A stretch of DNA of 64,000 nt from contig CP075497.1 of assembly GCA_021613535.1 (NCBI GenBank), forward strand, positions 11,904,001 to 11,968,000. Reading direction: 5' to 3'. The notes beneath the pieces were generated by a model. It was given only the letters and a program-made list of their open reading frames with translations. It ran no database searches and was not told the origin of the DNA. Numbering within the stretch: the stretch's first letter is position 1; the number at the start of each line of letters is the position of its first letter. The DNA is from Adineta vaga (taxonomy: Eukaryota; Animalia; Rotifera). A program made the position numbers and the translations under genes. Of the stretch, positions 39,623 to 53,400 are shown piece after piece.

Positions 39623-41703
39623 TCATCGATTTCGATTACTACTAAAAGCATATTTATATAATAGAAAAGTTCCAGTCAATACTGTTAATACTCCAATGAA
39701 GAATGGTCGTCGATATTTTGTTGTTAACAATGAAAATAAAGTTGCTTCATTATAAGAAGATTGTCGATGAAATTTAGTTTTTAAATCATTGACTTTTCTT
39801 TCAAGATCTTCATTCCGTACTAAACGTTCTTGACGAAGACGAAGTGATGTTTCAACATCTTGTCTAAAGAAATGATATCGTGTATGTGTTATGTTTTTAA
39901 TGAATAACGAGAAAAAGATATTCCTACGGTGTTATTAATGGTACAGATTGAGAATAATGTTTTAAATCTTCGGATGATACTCGAGATCCTGCCATTGATA
40001 TTAAACGATGTGTTGTCTTTGGTGAAGGATGATAACTACTGGCATTTGAATCTGCTCTTCGCATTAATTCACAGTTTATATCTTCTAATGAATCACTTAA
40101 ACGACCATTTGGCATTATATTATCTTGTCTTCCACATTGTTTTGGATATTTTTTATCCGTTAAAGTTTGTTCTTCAGTATCACTATCACTTTCACTGGAT
40201 AAATTTCCTTCACATTCAATATATAGTCTTTCATTTTGTTCAAGTTCAGCGAGAATTTCCAAGCCAGCAATTATTGCACGATAAGAAAACCTTTTTTGAT
40301 TTTTAATAAATAAATAACGGATAGACGAAATTCGAATTGATTTACCTTAATTGTTCAGCCGTTTGAATAAGTCCAGATCGTTGAGTACGAATATCAGCTA
40401 GTATATGATTAATGATACATCACGAGGATTTTCAGTATGTGCAAGCTAAAAAAGAAATATTCATTTGATTTGATTTTGATTTCGAAGAATTATTTTACCA
40501 TTTTGAGAATTGAATCAACAAAAACAAATGTACCAGATCGACCAATACCTGAAAAAAATTCGAAATCAAAATATTTTATTCATTTTTTCGTTTCTTTTAC
40601 CAGCACTACAGTGAAGAATAGGTGCACCATAACGAAGATCAAATGCACCACAATGACGAACATCACGAAGTAATTGTAAGAATGGTTCGGGATTACTAGG
40701 AGCACCATGATCGGGCCACTCAAAATCTGACCAATGTATTATTACACGAGATTCTCCTGTCTAAAATAAAACAAAACAAATCTTCACATTAAACAGAATT
40801 TCATTTCGAGGTTTTGTTTACTGGAAGATGAATTAATTCGAATTTTCTTTCTGTATAATGGCGATATGGTCTTTCAGATAGAAAGACAACTTTTAAATTG
40901 ACAGAATCATATAGAAGTTCACTTGCATTTTGATAATCAGGATAGTATAACCAACATTTCGGCTAGAATAAACAAAAGAAATTAATTTGAATAGAATGAA
41001 CTTCGTTCATGTCTTTCTCTATATGAATATCTTTGATCAAAGCTGTTCTTTTACTTCTAAATGGTATTTCTGATATTATGTAAACAAATCTCTGCTCTAT
41101 TAGTCTATCATTGATTGAAAATCAGAAGATAGACTAATTAATAGAAACTTCTTTTCAAATCTACTTACAGATCCTTTTTCAAACAATCGAGTTAACATAA
41201 CAATAACTCGACTATTTTGTTCCCAAATCATTTGCCAAAAATGACTTGCTGTTGATTCCAATGGTCCCTATAAGCATTCAAAATTCATCTTCCTTGCAAA
41301 GCAAATCTTCCTCAACAAACTTGTGTTAGAATATACTTCCGATTTGCAGGAGGTACTTCAATATAATTTGCATTGATATAATCATTTGTACCTTTTGTTA
41401 AACAAACACGTGTATCATCATCTATGAAAACAATAGTCCAAATAATTTTTTCTTCAAATCAAACTATTCTTTACAAGGCAAAACATCACGAAAGCGATTT
41501 AATCCTCGATTGATATTTAACAAAGCAATATCCGTCTTTTTATTCGATGTTTTACTCCGATGATCATTCGCAAGTTTCTAAAGAAAAAACAATTCACAAA
41601 TAATAATCAATGAACAGAAAAAAAGAAGAAAACTAACCAGAAAAAAACTATTCCATCTATGTTCTTGTTCGATTTTATGAAATTCTTCCTCTATATGTGA
41701 CAT
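39623..41703 (-). CDS. PTPN1: Non-receptor protein tyrosine phosphatase PTP1B/TC-PTP (PTPN1/2), multi-exon
   Basis: NRFRDVLP|[39 protein letters not shown]|[17 protein letters not shown]; C-terminal hydrophobic tail anchor [16 protein letters not shown]. Confidence 0.92.
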
Positions 41704-41830
41704 ATCTAGAATTAAGAAACATTTTTTTTTGCTAAAAAGAATGGACGGATTCAAACGAAAAATTCTAGGACACACAAGAGAAAAATGGAAATAAAACAAA
41801 TTCAAATGAGATTTTCATTTTGTTCATTTT

Positions 41831-44518
41831 TTAGAATTTCACTTTGAGTGAAATTGCAGGTGGTGCATATGTATTCATTGGCCAATCTTTTCCATTTATT
41901 TTCAAATTCCTTGGAGAATCAACACGTAATGACGGAATAGAAAATTTCTAAACAAAACAAAACTTCGTAGTTTTATCTTTGAAATAACAATGATTTCCAA
42001 CCTCTTTTCGCCATTCGATATCCATTAAACGATAAACTGGTTTGGGAATTTCGATAATATCACCAAGTGAAACCGATGTCGAAATATCAACATAATACAC
42101 AGTAACTAAAACACAACGTTCTTCTGTATCAACTAAGATGAACATTCTAAACGAAATTTAGAATAAAAAATAAAGAATGGAAGAGAAATTTTCATACAAT
42201 TTAACGTCTTGAACACCAAGACTGGCAACAACAGTTCCGCGATATGTTCCATTTTCATTTTCACCTGGATGAAGAAATTGAAGTGGAACAATGTTGTTAC
42301 TAAATGGTGGAGTTTCATTTAGAATTGATATTAATGTTTTGAATTTTTTCGGTTTAATTCGACCCTAAAGAAACTTTATTAGATTTAGTTCTTCAAAAAA
42401 CACGAATCAACAAACTTTGCAAGCAAGCAGATCTGTAATTGTACGTAAATAACTAAGTAATTGATCTTGATTATTTCGTGCATCTTCATTTTCTGAATCG
42501 AGTTCAAGTGCGTGTTCATACGCAGCAAGAGCTTCAGCATAATCCTCATGATATTGAAGAGCCTGAAATGAAAATATATTTATTCATTAGAATGATTCAA
42601 CTTACTGAACGGATCGAGTGAGTTTTATTCATATCTGAAACTTCCGTTTCAATAAAAAGGAAATCCTGTAAAGCTGAATGCTTACTTATTTCAATACAAC
42701 TAACTCTAATATTCCATTTCTAATCTATATTTATCTGAAACGATATGTTTATTTCTTTCGTAATCTGATTACAATTAAGTAATCTTATTCCATCATCGAA
42801 CAAACAAGTCTCACAATTCTGTCAATATCCTATCTCTTTCTATTTGTAACAGCTGATGATTATAGATATTTACAAGGTCATTTTTCTTACCACTCCTCGA
42901 CTATAATGTAAATCACCATCATTTTCCGATGCTGGATCTTTGAGCTAATTAAAAATTCAAATAAGAAAACTTCCATTTGAAATTCATTGTGAAAAAAAAC
43001 TTACAGCGAGATTATAAGCACTAAATGCTTGTTTTAAATTCTTTGGATGATTTTCAACCATAAAATAAAAGCAAACATAAGAATTCGCGAGTGTATCTAA
43101 ACAAACGAAAAAAAATGAAAATAGAGAAGAAATTTATCATTGAGAAGGATCTTTACACCACGACGCGCCATCTTTAACATCAATTTCAACAGCTTGTTTA
43201 GCATATTGAATACTTTCTTCAATCATTCGATTTCTTTCAGCTCGATCTGTAACTTTTGAAGCTAATTGACGAGTAACAATTGATAAATTTCTCAGAACAG
43301 CACGATTTTTTTCCTAGAAGAAAAAACAAACACGAATGAAATTCAATGATAAAAATCTCGTTTTCTTACTTTGCTATTCGCATTTTTGAAACAATTCGCA
43401 GCCATTTCATATTCGCCATTTTTGGCGTAACTTTCTCCAAGTTCATTTAATGTTAAGACATTTGATGGTTGAAGAAGTGCTGCTTTACTTAAATAATCTG
43501 TAGCACGTTTATCATATTCGGGAAAGATATTAAATGCACGACCTTTCCAATAGGAAAATAACGCACGTTGACATGGATCACGAATTTGTTCTAAAATTCA
43601 TTTGAAATTGTGAAAAATTTGAGAAATTATTCATTTTTTGTTTTACCTTCTATTTCATTGTAATTAGAAAGGATTTGTTCGAGTCGTGTTCGAATTAATT
43701 TATAACGATTTTTTGATGATTCAGTTGCTTTAGAATTTGGTTTAAATAATTCATCGCGATATGCATAAAGATTCTCAACATCATTCTAAACAAATGTTTT
43801 ATTCTGTATTTACAATATGAATAAGAAACGATTGATGTTAGGAGAAAGAAAACATACTTACGTACTATTATTCATATAAATATGAGTCAAGATTAGGAAG
43901 AAATATTCTTCTATTCTTAATGAAGATTTTAAGTATCCAATTATTTCTTTTCGAGATGTAGAAACAAAAGGTTGTTCTAATAAACTTACTCATATTTCAC
44001 ATAATTATTGCCATAAATGTCATTTCATAGGGTTATAATGCTTGTTTAATATAATATTCCATAATAGAGGAAATCAATCTGTTCTTAAGAACGAACACAT
44101 CTATGAGTATATTTATTCTACTCAGCAGGTAGTCGCTATATGCAATTCTTATAAGTATGCATCATGAACCAAAAAAAAAACATTTTCTTTTTTGATTAAA
44201 ATCTATATTGTTATTACTTTTTCCTGCACTTCACACTTTCGAGAAAAAATATCATTTCAAACTAATTACAAAAATAACAATTTACTTTTTCTTTTCCAAT
44301 AAAATGATTCAACAAGAAAGTGTAAATTACTATGGCAACCGAAAAAGCAATCACCTTTTGACCTCTGTTCAATTCTATCACTCTTCTTACCGTAAAAGCC
44401 GAAACAGTTTTTGCTTCTTCTGCCTAAAATTATACATAGAATATTTATCTAGTGAAAGATAATTTCTCACGAAATAGTTTACCGTTCTTAATTGTACTTC
44501 ATCAACTAGATCAGTCAT
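41831..44518 (-). CDS. TTC5: Tetratricopeptide repeat protein 5 (TPRs + C-terminal OB fold), multi-exon
   Basis: VENLYAYRD; LNELGESY; LRNLSIVTRQL; AKQAVEIDVKDGASW|YTLANSY; DLHYSRG; GRIKPKK; VSLGDIIEIPKP; SLRVDSP..LKING. Confidence 0.88.
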
Positions 44519-45130
44519 TATAAAAATCACTCTAAAACAAAAATATTAGTCGTTCTCTGTCTCTCACATATGTTCGTTTGTAATACACACAACAATCAAT
44601 GACTTCTACGCTTTTTTTTGTTTTATTTGTCTCAAGAAAAAAATGTTTTTTTTTTGCTCTCCTGTTTTACACACATGCACATAAAGAAACGGGTTAGACA
44701 ACAAAGAATAAGAAAAAAAAGAAAAAGAAAGAAAGAAAGAAAGGAAAGTAAACGATAAAATATCATTGAGATGAATGTGAAAATTGAACGAAAACAATAA
44801 AGAATATGATAATGAACCGACTTTATATAGACGAAAAAACGCTGAATTATATACAAAATAAACTCTTCTTCAAACCCTCTATTTCCCAAACTCTTTTCAT
44901 TGAAATAACAAGAAAAACGCTAACAGTTTTATTCATCTAAGTCGAAAAGAACAATTTTCTATGTAGAATATATTTGTTTTCCTTAAAAAGACACGAACAA
45001 CAACAAAACATAATACAACATCAAAGCATAAATACACACAAACACGCGCGAATTTAAAGAGATGCACAAAGAAACGAAAAAGACAATTGATGCTGTTGCG
45101 ATGATCTGCTTAAAAACTAAACATTTTTCT

Positions 45131-46227
<1,097 letters not shown>

Positions 46228-46658
46228 TCAAAGAGTAAATGATGATTCATGATAAAATGTCGAATGAGACATCAGCTGCTGTGCTACGTCACGTCACCAT
46301 CTTGGATTCATATGATCGACTGACTTCTATCGTATATTTACGTATATTCAAACTAGTGACATCTATTGATCAATTACTTCATAGTTCTTTGAAAGATGGA
46401 GATTTTGAATTTGAACATTAATTCAACGAAATATGGAATAATATTTTCTTTGTTTATCTTGTTCATTTCTGATTATCATCATTTGGAGAGAGAGAGAAAA
46501 AACATAGATGTAAACTATTAATTACACTAAATACAATTAGACATTCCATTTTAACATTTTATGCAACTAAAATATGTAGATGAGAAGTAATGTTTACCAA
46601 TTTATTTCCCGCGTTGAAAGCAGAATTTCTAATCTATGTTATAATTATAAAAAACAAG

Positions 46659-49452
46659 ATGACAGATATATTTGATATTGAAAATCAACCGATTGAACGT
46701 CGAAGTAGTATTCGACTTCGTCATAAAAAAACTGATGACGATGAAAGTACGGTGTGGAGTATTGGAAGTAATGGAGGTCTAAGTCGATCAAGTCAAGATG
46801 ATGGATTAGTTTTTCAAAGTATAAAATATACAATTGATTAAATTAGAAAATAGAGAATTTCAATAGATATTTCTATGCATTCGGATGATCATCAATTTGA
46901 ACAGATGGATCGATTTACTAAGTAAAGAAATTTTGCTTTGAATGAAAATAAAAAAATCTTTAGAAATATTTTAGTGAAAAACTTCATCTAGAAGAATATT
47001 TTTATGATAAAATCGAAGAAATTATTTCGAATTCAGATAATGAACAATTGAATAACAATGAAGATGATGAACGTTTGTTTAGTAATGATGATCGAATGTC
47101 TTTTACTCGTGAACAACTTGTTGAATATCAACAATTAATTAAATTACTTCGATTTGTTAAAGTTTGAAAAGCTTTTCAATGATTTTCTTATTTAGTCATT
47201 TTAATGTAGAGTGCAGGTCGTTGTACAACGATTCTATCATTAGCTTTATTACATGATTATAATCTTCAAGATCAAAGTGCTTTCTTCGCATTTAAAGATA
47301 CTTCAACGATCAATGTTTTATTAAATTTTCTCGAAATGTTTGATCGAGATTTGAAAGTCTGTAAAGAGAAAAATAGATGAGAATTTTGTTAAAAGAATGT
47401 TTTCAAATTTAGTTAAATGCTTTATATGTTTTAAGAAATGCTTGTGAAAATGCTTCATTTGCTTATGAAATCTTTCATCTTGGTGGAATAATAACGATTA
47501 TTGATAGTATGTGTTTAGATCATATTGGAATTGAAGAAAGTTGTATGATTTTAATTCAACTTTTAAAATTTCGTCGAGCGAGAAGAGTTATTCGACGTTG
47601 CGGTGGAATTAGTAAATTAGTAAAGATGTTTAATGGGAAGATTTTTTTGAAATAGAAAACAAAAATGATATTTTAGATAACTTTATTGGATGAATTAAGT
47701 GATCATAATATTTTTCAAGTCTTAATTTTATTATGTCAATCAGAAAAGAATAAATATGTTTGTATTCGATATGGAATTGGGAAAGTTTTATTGAAAATTA
47801 TTTTAAATAATACAAATTATTCAATTATTTCATTATTGGCTATTCTTCTTCAAATTGTAAGAAGAAGAAAAATCTTAATTCACATAGTTAATATGTCTTG
47901 GGAACGAAGTTAAGATATGTTTCTAGGATGAGGGTGGGATCGAACTCTGTGCGACTCAAAATTTCTCGAATTAAAAATTACATTAACTTTCTTTTTAGCC
48001 GGTATTTCGTATGCAGATGATGGAGAAAGATTTGGTAGTTGCGTTAATCAATCGAATTGATGTAACAAAGACTGATTTAACACGTGTTATATGTGAATCT
48101 TTGTATTATTTATCGTATGATATGAATCTTTGTCAGTTTATTTATCAATTTGGTTTTAAAAAATTGAAAGATTTATTAGAACAAACCAATGATTCGTCGA
48201 TATTTTGTTCGATTATTAATATTCTAACTGAATTTATACAAATAAATGAAAATTTTTCGAATAATATTATATTAAATATAATAAAATTTCTAAGAAATTC
48301 TTCGAATTCATCTTATTTATTACGTATTATTCAATCCTTAAATCAACTAAGCAAACATTCTCAAACTATTGAAATATTTAAACAAGAAAATCTTTTTCAA
48401 GATTTCATTTTCTATTTACAAAATAATACCAGTTCAGATATTCTATTAAATATTCTATCCATTCTTCAACAATGTGGAAAAGATAAACAAGCAGTGATGT
48501 AATCCATTCTTTTGATTTATCAATACACAACTCTATTCTCATTTCATAGAATGATTATTGATAATCACGGATTCGAAGAATTATGGACTTTATTTAAATT
48601 ATCTTCATTATCGATTCAAATAGCTGCTGGTTCAACGATTCGAAATTGTCTTTTAGCAATTGCAGTTTGTTTTGATATGAAATCAGATTGTTACTTTTGT
48701 TTATCAATTTGTAGAATCATGGTGAATTAATTCGTTCATTTGATGGAATTTTCTATTTAATTTTGAACACATTATCAACGGATAATATTGATTTACTTTG
48801 TGTGACTTTGTCGCTCATTGCCGAGATTGTAAAAGATGAATACAATCGGGAAATATTTACAGATCTTGGAATTGTTTCGAAACTTTCTCAACTGAATTCT
48901 CTCGTTCGTTTTTGTTTGATTATATTTCTCATAATTCTGAATTTTAATTAGGAAAATCTTCAATTAAGTAAACCATTTTGTGATGCTCTAGCAAATTTAT
49001 TAGATTTATCAAGAAATCAAAAACAATTTGGTAATCGACGTGTTATTGCCGCTTTGAAAAATTATTTTAAACAACAAAATATCGAACTTTCAAGACCATT
49101 GACAAAAACTATTTATGATCTTTCTCTTATTCCATCAAATTGTGTTATTCTACATGATGTTGGAATAGCATCGGTAAATGAATAACTTTGATCAATAATT
49201 AGTTTCAATGATAATATTAGGATTTACTTCAATTGATTGCTAATGATGATCCGATCGTTCAAGAGAAAGCAGCAAATGCATTACGAAATATGCGACAATT
49301 ACTTGATGATAATAGACAAGTAGAACGAACTTTGAATAAAAATATAAGTCAAAGTAAGATTCATTGAATAGAATTATTTCAATTTATCACAACTTCTAGT
49401 ACCAATACAAAAGATAGTCGATAAACGAGACAAATGCATTTTTGCAAATTAA
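46659..49452 (+). CDS. Divergent armadillo-repeat protein, ARMC4/ODAD2-like, multi-exon
   Basis: EYQQLIKLLRFVK|SAGRCTTILSLALLHDYNL...LLKFRRARRVIRRCGGISKL parallels ARMC4 YWQIQKLVKYLKGG...KFKRARRVVR.HGGI.KL; further ARM repeats up to VQEKAANALRNMR. Confidence 0.75.
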
Positions 49453-49622
49453 TTCAATTTAAGTGTCTCATGTTTACAACTACAAACTCATTTGAATTCG
49501 AATATGTCAACTATTAAGATGATTTCTTTATACTTGTAACGCAATGTCTGGAGATTTTTATTGAAATTTCTCGTTTAAAATATTGATAAAAGTTGATCAG
49601 TTTAATTTCAAATCAGAATGAT

Positions 49623-50393
49623 TTAATTATTCATTCGAGTCAATTCTTTTAATTCATAAAGTTTCATTTTCTCTGCCTTTGAAAAATTCCCTGTATCAAT
49701 CACCCTCCAATCATATTCTACCGGTAAAACTCGTACATAACCTAGCGCACATAAGAATGCACCTAATTTGACATGTGATACTGGATGTAATCGATATTTA
49801 TCATATGAATTTGTCATCCATTTCCATCCATCTTTCGTCTTTCCATTAGGCCAATAACCTTCATATGATCTTGTCGCGGCAAGATTATCTGCAATCATTT
49901 CTAAAATTGCATCATCAGGCATCTCATGTATAACTAAATTTTTCAATTGATCATTTCCCCAAAGAATCTTAGACACTGCTGGATAATCTTCAATAAAATG
50001 TTCCCAATGATGATCATTATGTTTTACATGATGTAACCAGGCACGATGAAATTCATCATCATTGTTTTTCTCTCCGAAAAAATGTTCTGCATAAGGCCAA
50101 AATTCACTTCGACTGAATTTCGATAAATCATGTAAGAAAAGACGTTTGTATGACACCCGATATGGTGTTGATTGAAGAACTCGATTTACATGAATACCCG
50201 CTAATAAAATACAAATTTTATGGAAAATAATTGCCGAAAAATAACGTAAAAATAAGATGATCATCTGATTGTTTTTCTCATAAATGTGAAGATTAAATCG
50301 AGTCCACAAAGTACCGTTGACATTAAATACAATCGATGGATTATCTGTAGAGGTCCTTTTTTTCATCAAGCCTATTGGAAATAATCGTTGCAT
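49623..50393 (-). CDS. Intronless DUF5662-like HD-type putative metal-dependent hydrolase (HGT candidate)
   Basis: 256-aa single-exon ORF with Y...I..HK...AG, LHDLSKFS.SEF.PY, AWLHHVKHNDHHWEHF and EMPDDAILEMIAD, the pattern of bacterial/phage DUF5662 proteins (recognised from memory). Confidence 0.75.
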   Translation of the reverse strand: MQRLFPIGLMKKRTSTDNPSIVFNVNGTLWTRFNLHIYEKNNQMIILFLRYFSAIIFHKICILLAGIHVNRVLQSTPYRVSYKRLFLHDLSKFSRSEFWPYAEHFFGEKNNDDEFHRAWLHHVKHNDHHWEHFIEDYPAVSKILWGNDQLKNLVIHEMPDDAILEMIADNLAATRSYEGYWPNGKTKDGWKWMTNSYDKYRLHPVSHVKLGAFLCALGYVRVLPVEYDWRVIDTGNFSKAEKMKLYELKELTRMNN

Positions 50394-50450
50394 TTATTGA
50401 AAAAACTAATTTACATGATAAAGAAAAAAAAAGAAGTTTTTCTTTTAGTT

Positions 50451-53400
50451 TTATTGATTTTCTGTTTCTCGTCGGCGTCGAACGAATTCCATTGCTGTTT
50501 TATCCGCAAGACGCATTTCTAATATTTCAATAATACGACTTCGAACAGCTAAAACAAAAACCATGATCAAATTTATCAAAGAAATATTCACGTTTTATTT
50601 ACCTTTTGGATGTGTTAAAGCCAGTTCAATCTGTTTTAATTCATCCAATGGTCGATTTTCGCTATTTGATTCATGTGGAATACCAAAAACTTTCGACATA
50701 TCAAGAAAAGCTTCACCTTCAAAATCATTCGACCACATTAAATCATGATCCATAACAGTAAAATGAATGACACCACCGGATAAATTAGATTCTTTCTCAG
50801 TTAAACGACTAAAATCCAAATAGAAACAACAAATTCAATTAATTCATTTTTGTTTATATACGTACAATTCAAATTTCTCATTGAATAATGGATTTAATGT
50901 TTTCTTAACAATCACTGTTTGTTGTTTTTCAATATGAGGATACAAAAATTTCGGACATAATTGTATTTCAACATATGGATCACTAAAATGAAACTTATTA
51001 CTTTTCCAATCGATCGAAATTAACATTTCTTTTTCCTACCTTAAACCATTTGGATCACAAGGTTTAAGATTCTTACAAGAAAGAACTACAAAACCAACAT
51101 ATTATCATTGTACAGAAATTGTTTTCTTACTTTCGATGTATAAAGTTTCTTCTTTTAAATGATAATACGCTCGACAATAAAGTTTTCCTAGATCCGTTGA
51201 ATATGCTGGTTGATTGCTAAGATTAGCACGTTCTTGTTCTTGAACTTTTTCCTTTCAAACAAAATCTTATTAAAAGAATTCATCAATTTGTTTTTTACTT
51301 ACTTGATAATATAATTTAATTAATGAATACGTATCTGTCGAATGATATTTCAATAGTTTTTTGATTAACTAAATGAGAAAATTAACGAATGAAAATATTG
51401 TTGAAATTTGATTTTACTTTATATTTATCAGTTTTAAGTAATTCTCTTGATAAACATTGTTCATCGGAATTGAAATAATCAACAATTGAATCCAATGCTC
51501 TCGTTAAACGTGTATACGATAATGTAGATCGCTAGAAATGAATCCTTTTTGTTTCAAAAGATAATTGATTAGAAATGAAAGTCTTACTGGTGTTGAAACT
51601 TTTTCGATTTCAGATAAAAGTTGATCAACAAGAACCGACCAGATAAGTTCCAATAATCTAAATGATATTTTTATTAAAATATTTCATAGAAATATCGATT
51701 TACCTGGTAAAATTTTGTTTAATAAGAAAATCTCGATAAGGTAAAGTTCGTGTATCAAGAAAAGTAAAAAGTGGTTGAACTGTTTCTTGATACGAAATCA
51801 ATTCTGGTGCTTCGATAATATGAAATAAATATTGTTTGAAATCCATTTCCATATTTGTTACAACTTTACTCAAAATTTGATAAATTCGATCGGTTATTTC
51901 TTGACTACACATAGCGACTGTTGTTTCAATTTTCTTTCGATATTCATCGACAACTGCAATCGGATGAAATTTCTCTGCAGCAACTAATAATTTATCATAA
52001 GATAATTCAATTGGTAAAGTTTTAAATGATTCACGAATTCGTTCAATATCATTAACAGTCAGAGAAAGCTAAATTAAACGAGTTTTCATAGGAAATTTCG
52101 AAGGAAAAAGAACGAAAATCGAAATTTACTTCTTGTGTGTAATAAGTTAAGTCATTTGTTTCGTAAAATTTTCGTGTATTTAATTTTCCTTCGACTAATG
52201 TGGCATATAAACGTGTTGCATTCGCCATATCTTCGGTTATTTTAATCAAATATGTTATTGAACTAATGATATCTGGCCAAGCTAAATGACAAAGAAGAGA
52301 AATTGAAAGGAGATAGATAAGAATGAATTTTCTTTTACCTAATCTTCGCCAAAATTGTGAGATTTGACTGAAACAATTGGAAACATCTAATGATGAAGGA
52401 GTGAATTTTGTATTATGAGTTATTGTTACGATTCCTTCTGCTTTATCTTTTTCTATTGAACGTTCAATTCGATGAAGAATTTTATTTCGAGCAACGGACA
52501 ACCATTTTTTGACAGCTGCACCGAAATACATTTGATATTGAGTGATTTTTAAATTGACTCGATCACTAAAACGAAATTTTGTTTCTTTTTTAGAAAAAAA
52601 AAGAAAAGTTTATGACGAACGTTTCATTAACATAAATTTTATATTTTGCTAATTCATGAAGTGAAAGATAAAGTTCAAATAAAGCTAAACTAATCTGTTC
52701 AGCTGATGCTGCAAATGTAGGTGTATCAATTGAATCGAGCTCTTTGCTTTCTAATAATTTCGATGGAGATTGATGAATTTGATCACCAAGCTATAATGAT
52801 TCGAATTAAAATCGAAATTAGTTCGAAGAAAATAAAACAAACTTACTTCTTCTTCAAGTGCTTTTATAACAATATCCATTAACTTGAAATTTTGAATAAA
52901 AAAATGAAAGAAAATTAGAACATTTTTGAAGGGAAATTCTTTTTTTTACCTTTTCATCAATTTTCTTGAATGATATATTATAAAATGCCATTTTAATCGT
53001 TCTTAAAACAACAGAAAATTTGATAAAATCGAATTGAATTTAATGGTATAAACTTACGATTCAAATACTGGATTATAATATTTAACAGCTGAATAAGCTA
53101 AATAGAATAAACTCGATAGTTAGAATCTACTTTCAAACCTTTTCTTATCAAATTAAGTTTATATTCAATGAAATTGACAGATTAGACAAAGCACATGAAT
53201 AGATTATTAGTCTATGTCAATAGCAATGACGTCAAATTTATTCAACGAAACGAAATAAACTGAAAGACAAAACATTTTGTCAATCATATCATTTATGATG
53301 TACTCGATAGTTGTCACGTTGCAAAGTATTGAAATCTTATAAAAAGAAATGTATTGAAAGAAGATTATTGAACTTACCATCAGCAATAATAACATAAACT

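Noticed and set aside
44326-44339. RFX X-box-like ATTACTATGGCAAC in TTC5 intron 1
   Set aside because: Single imperfect motif with no supporting evidence of function.
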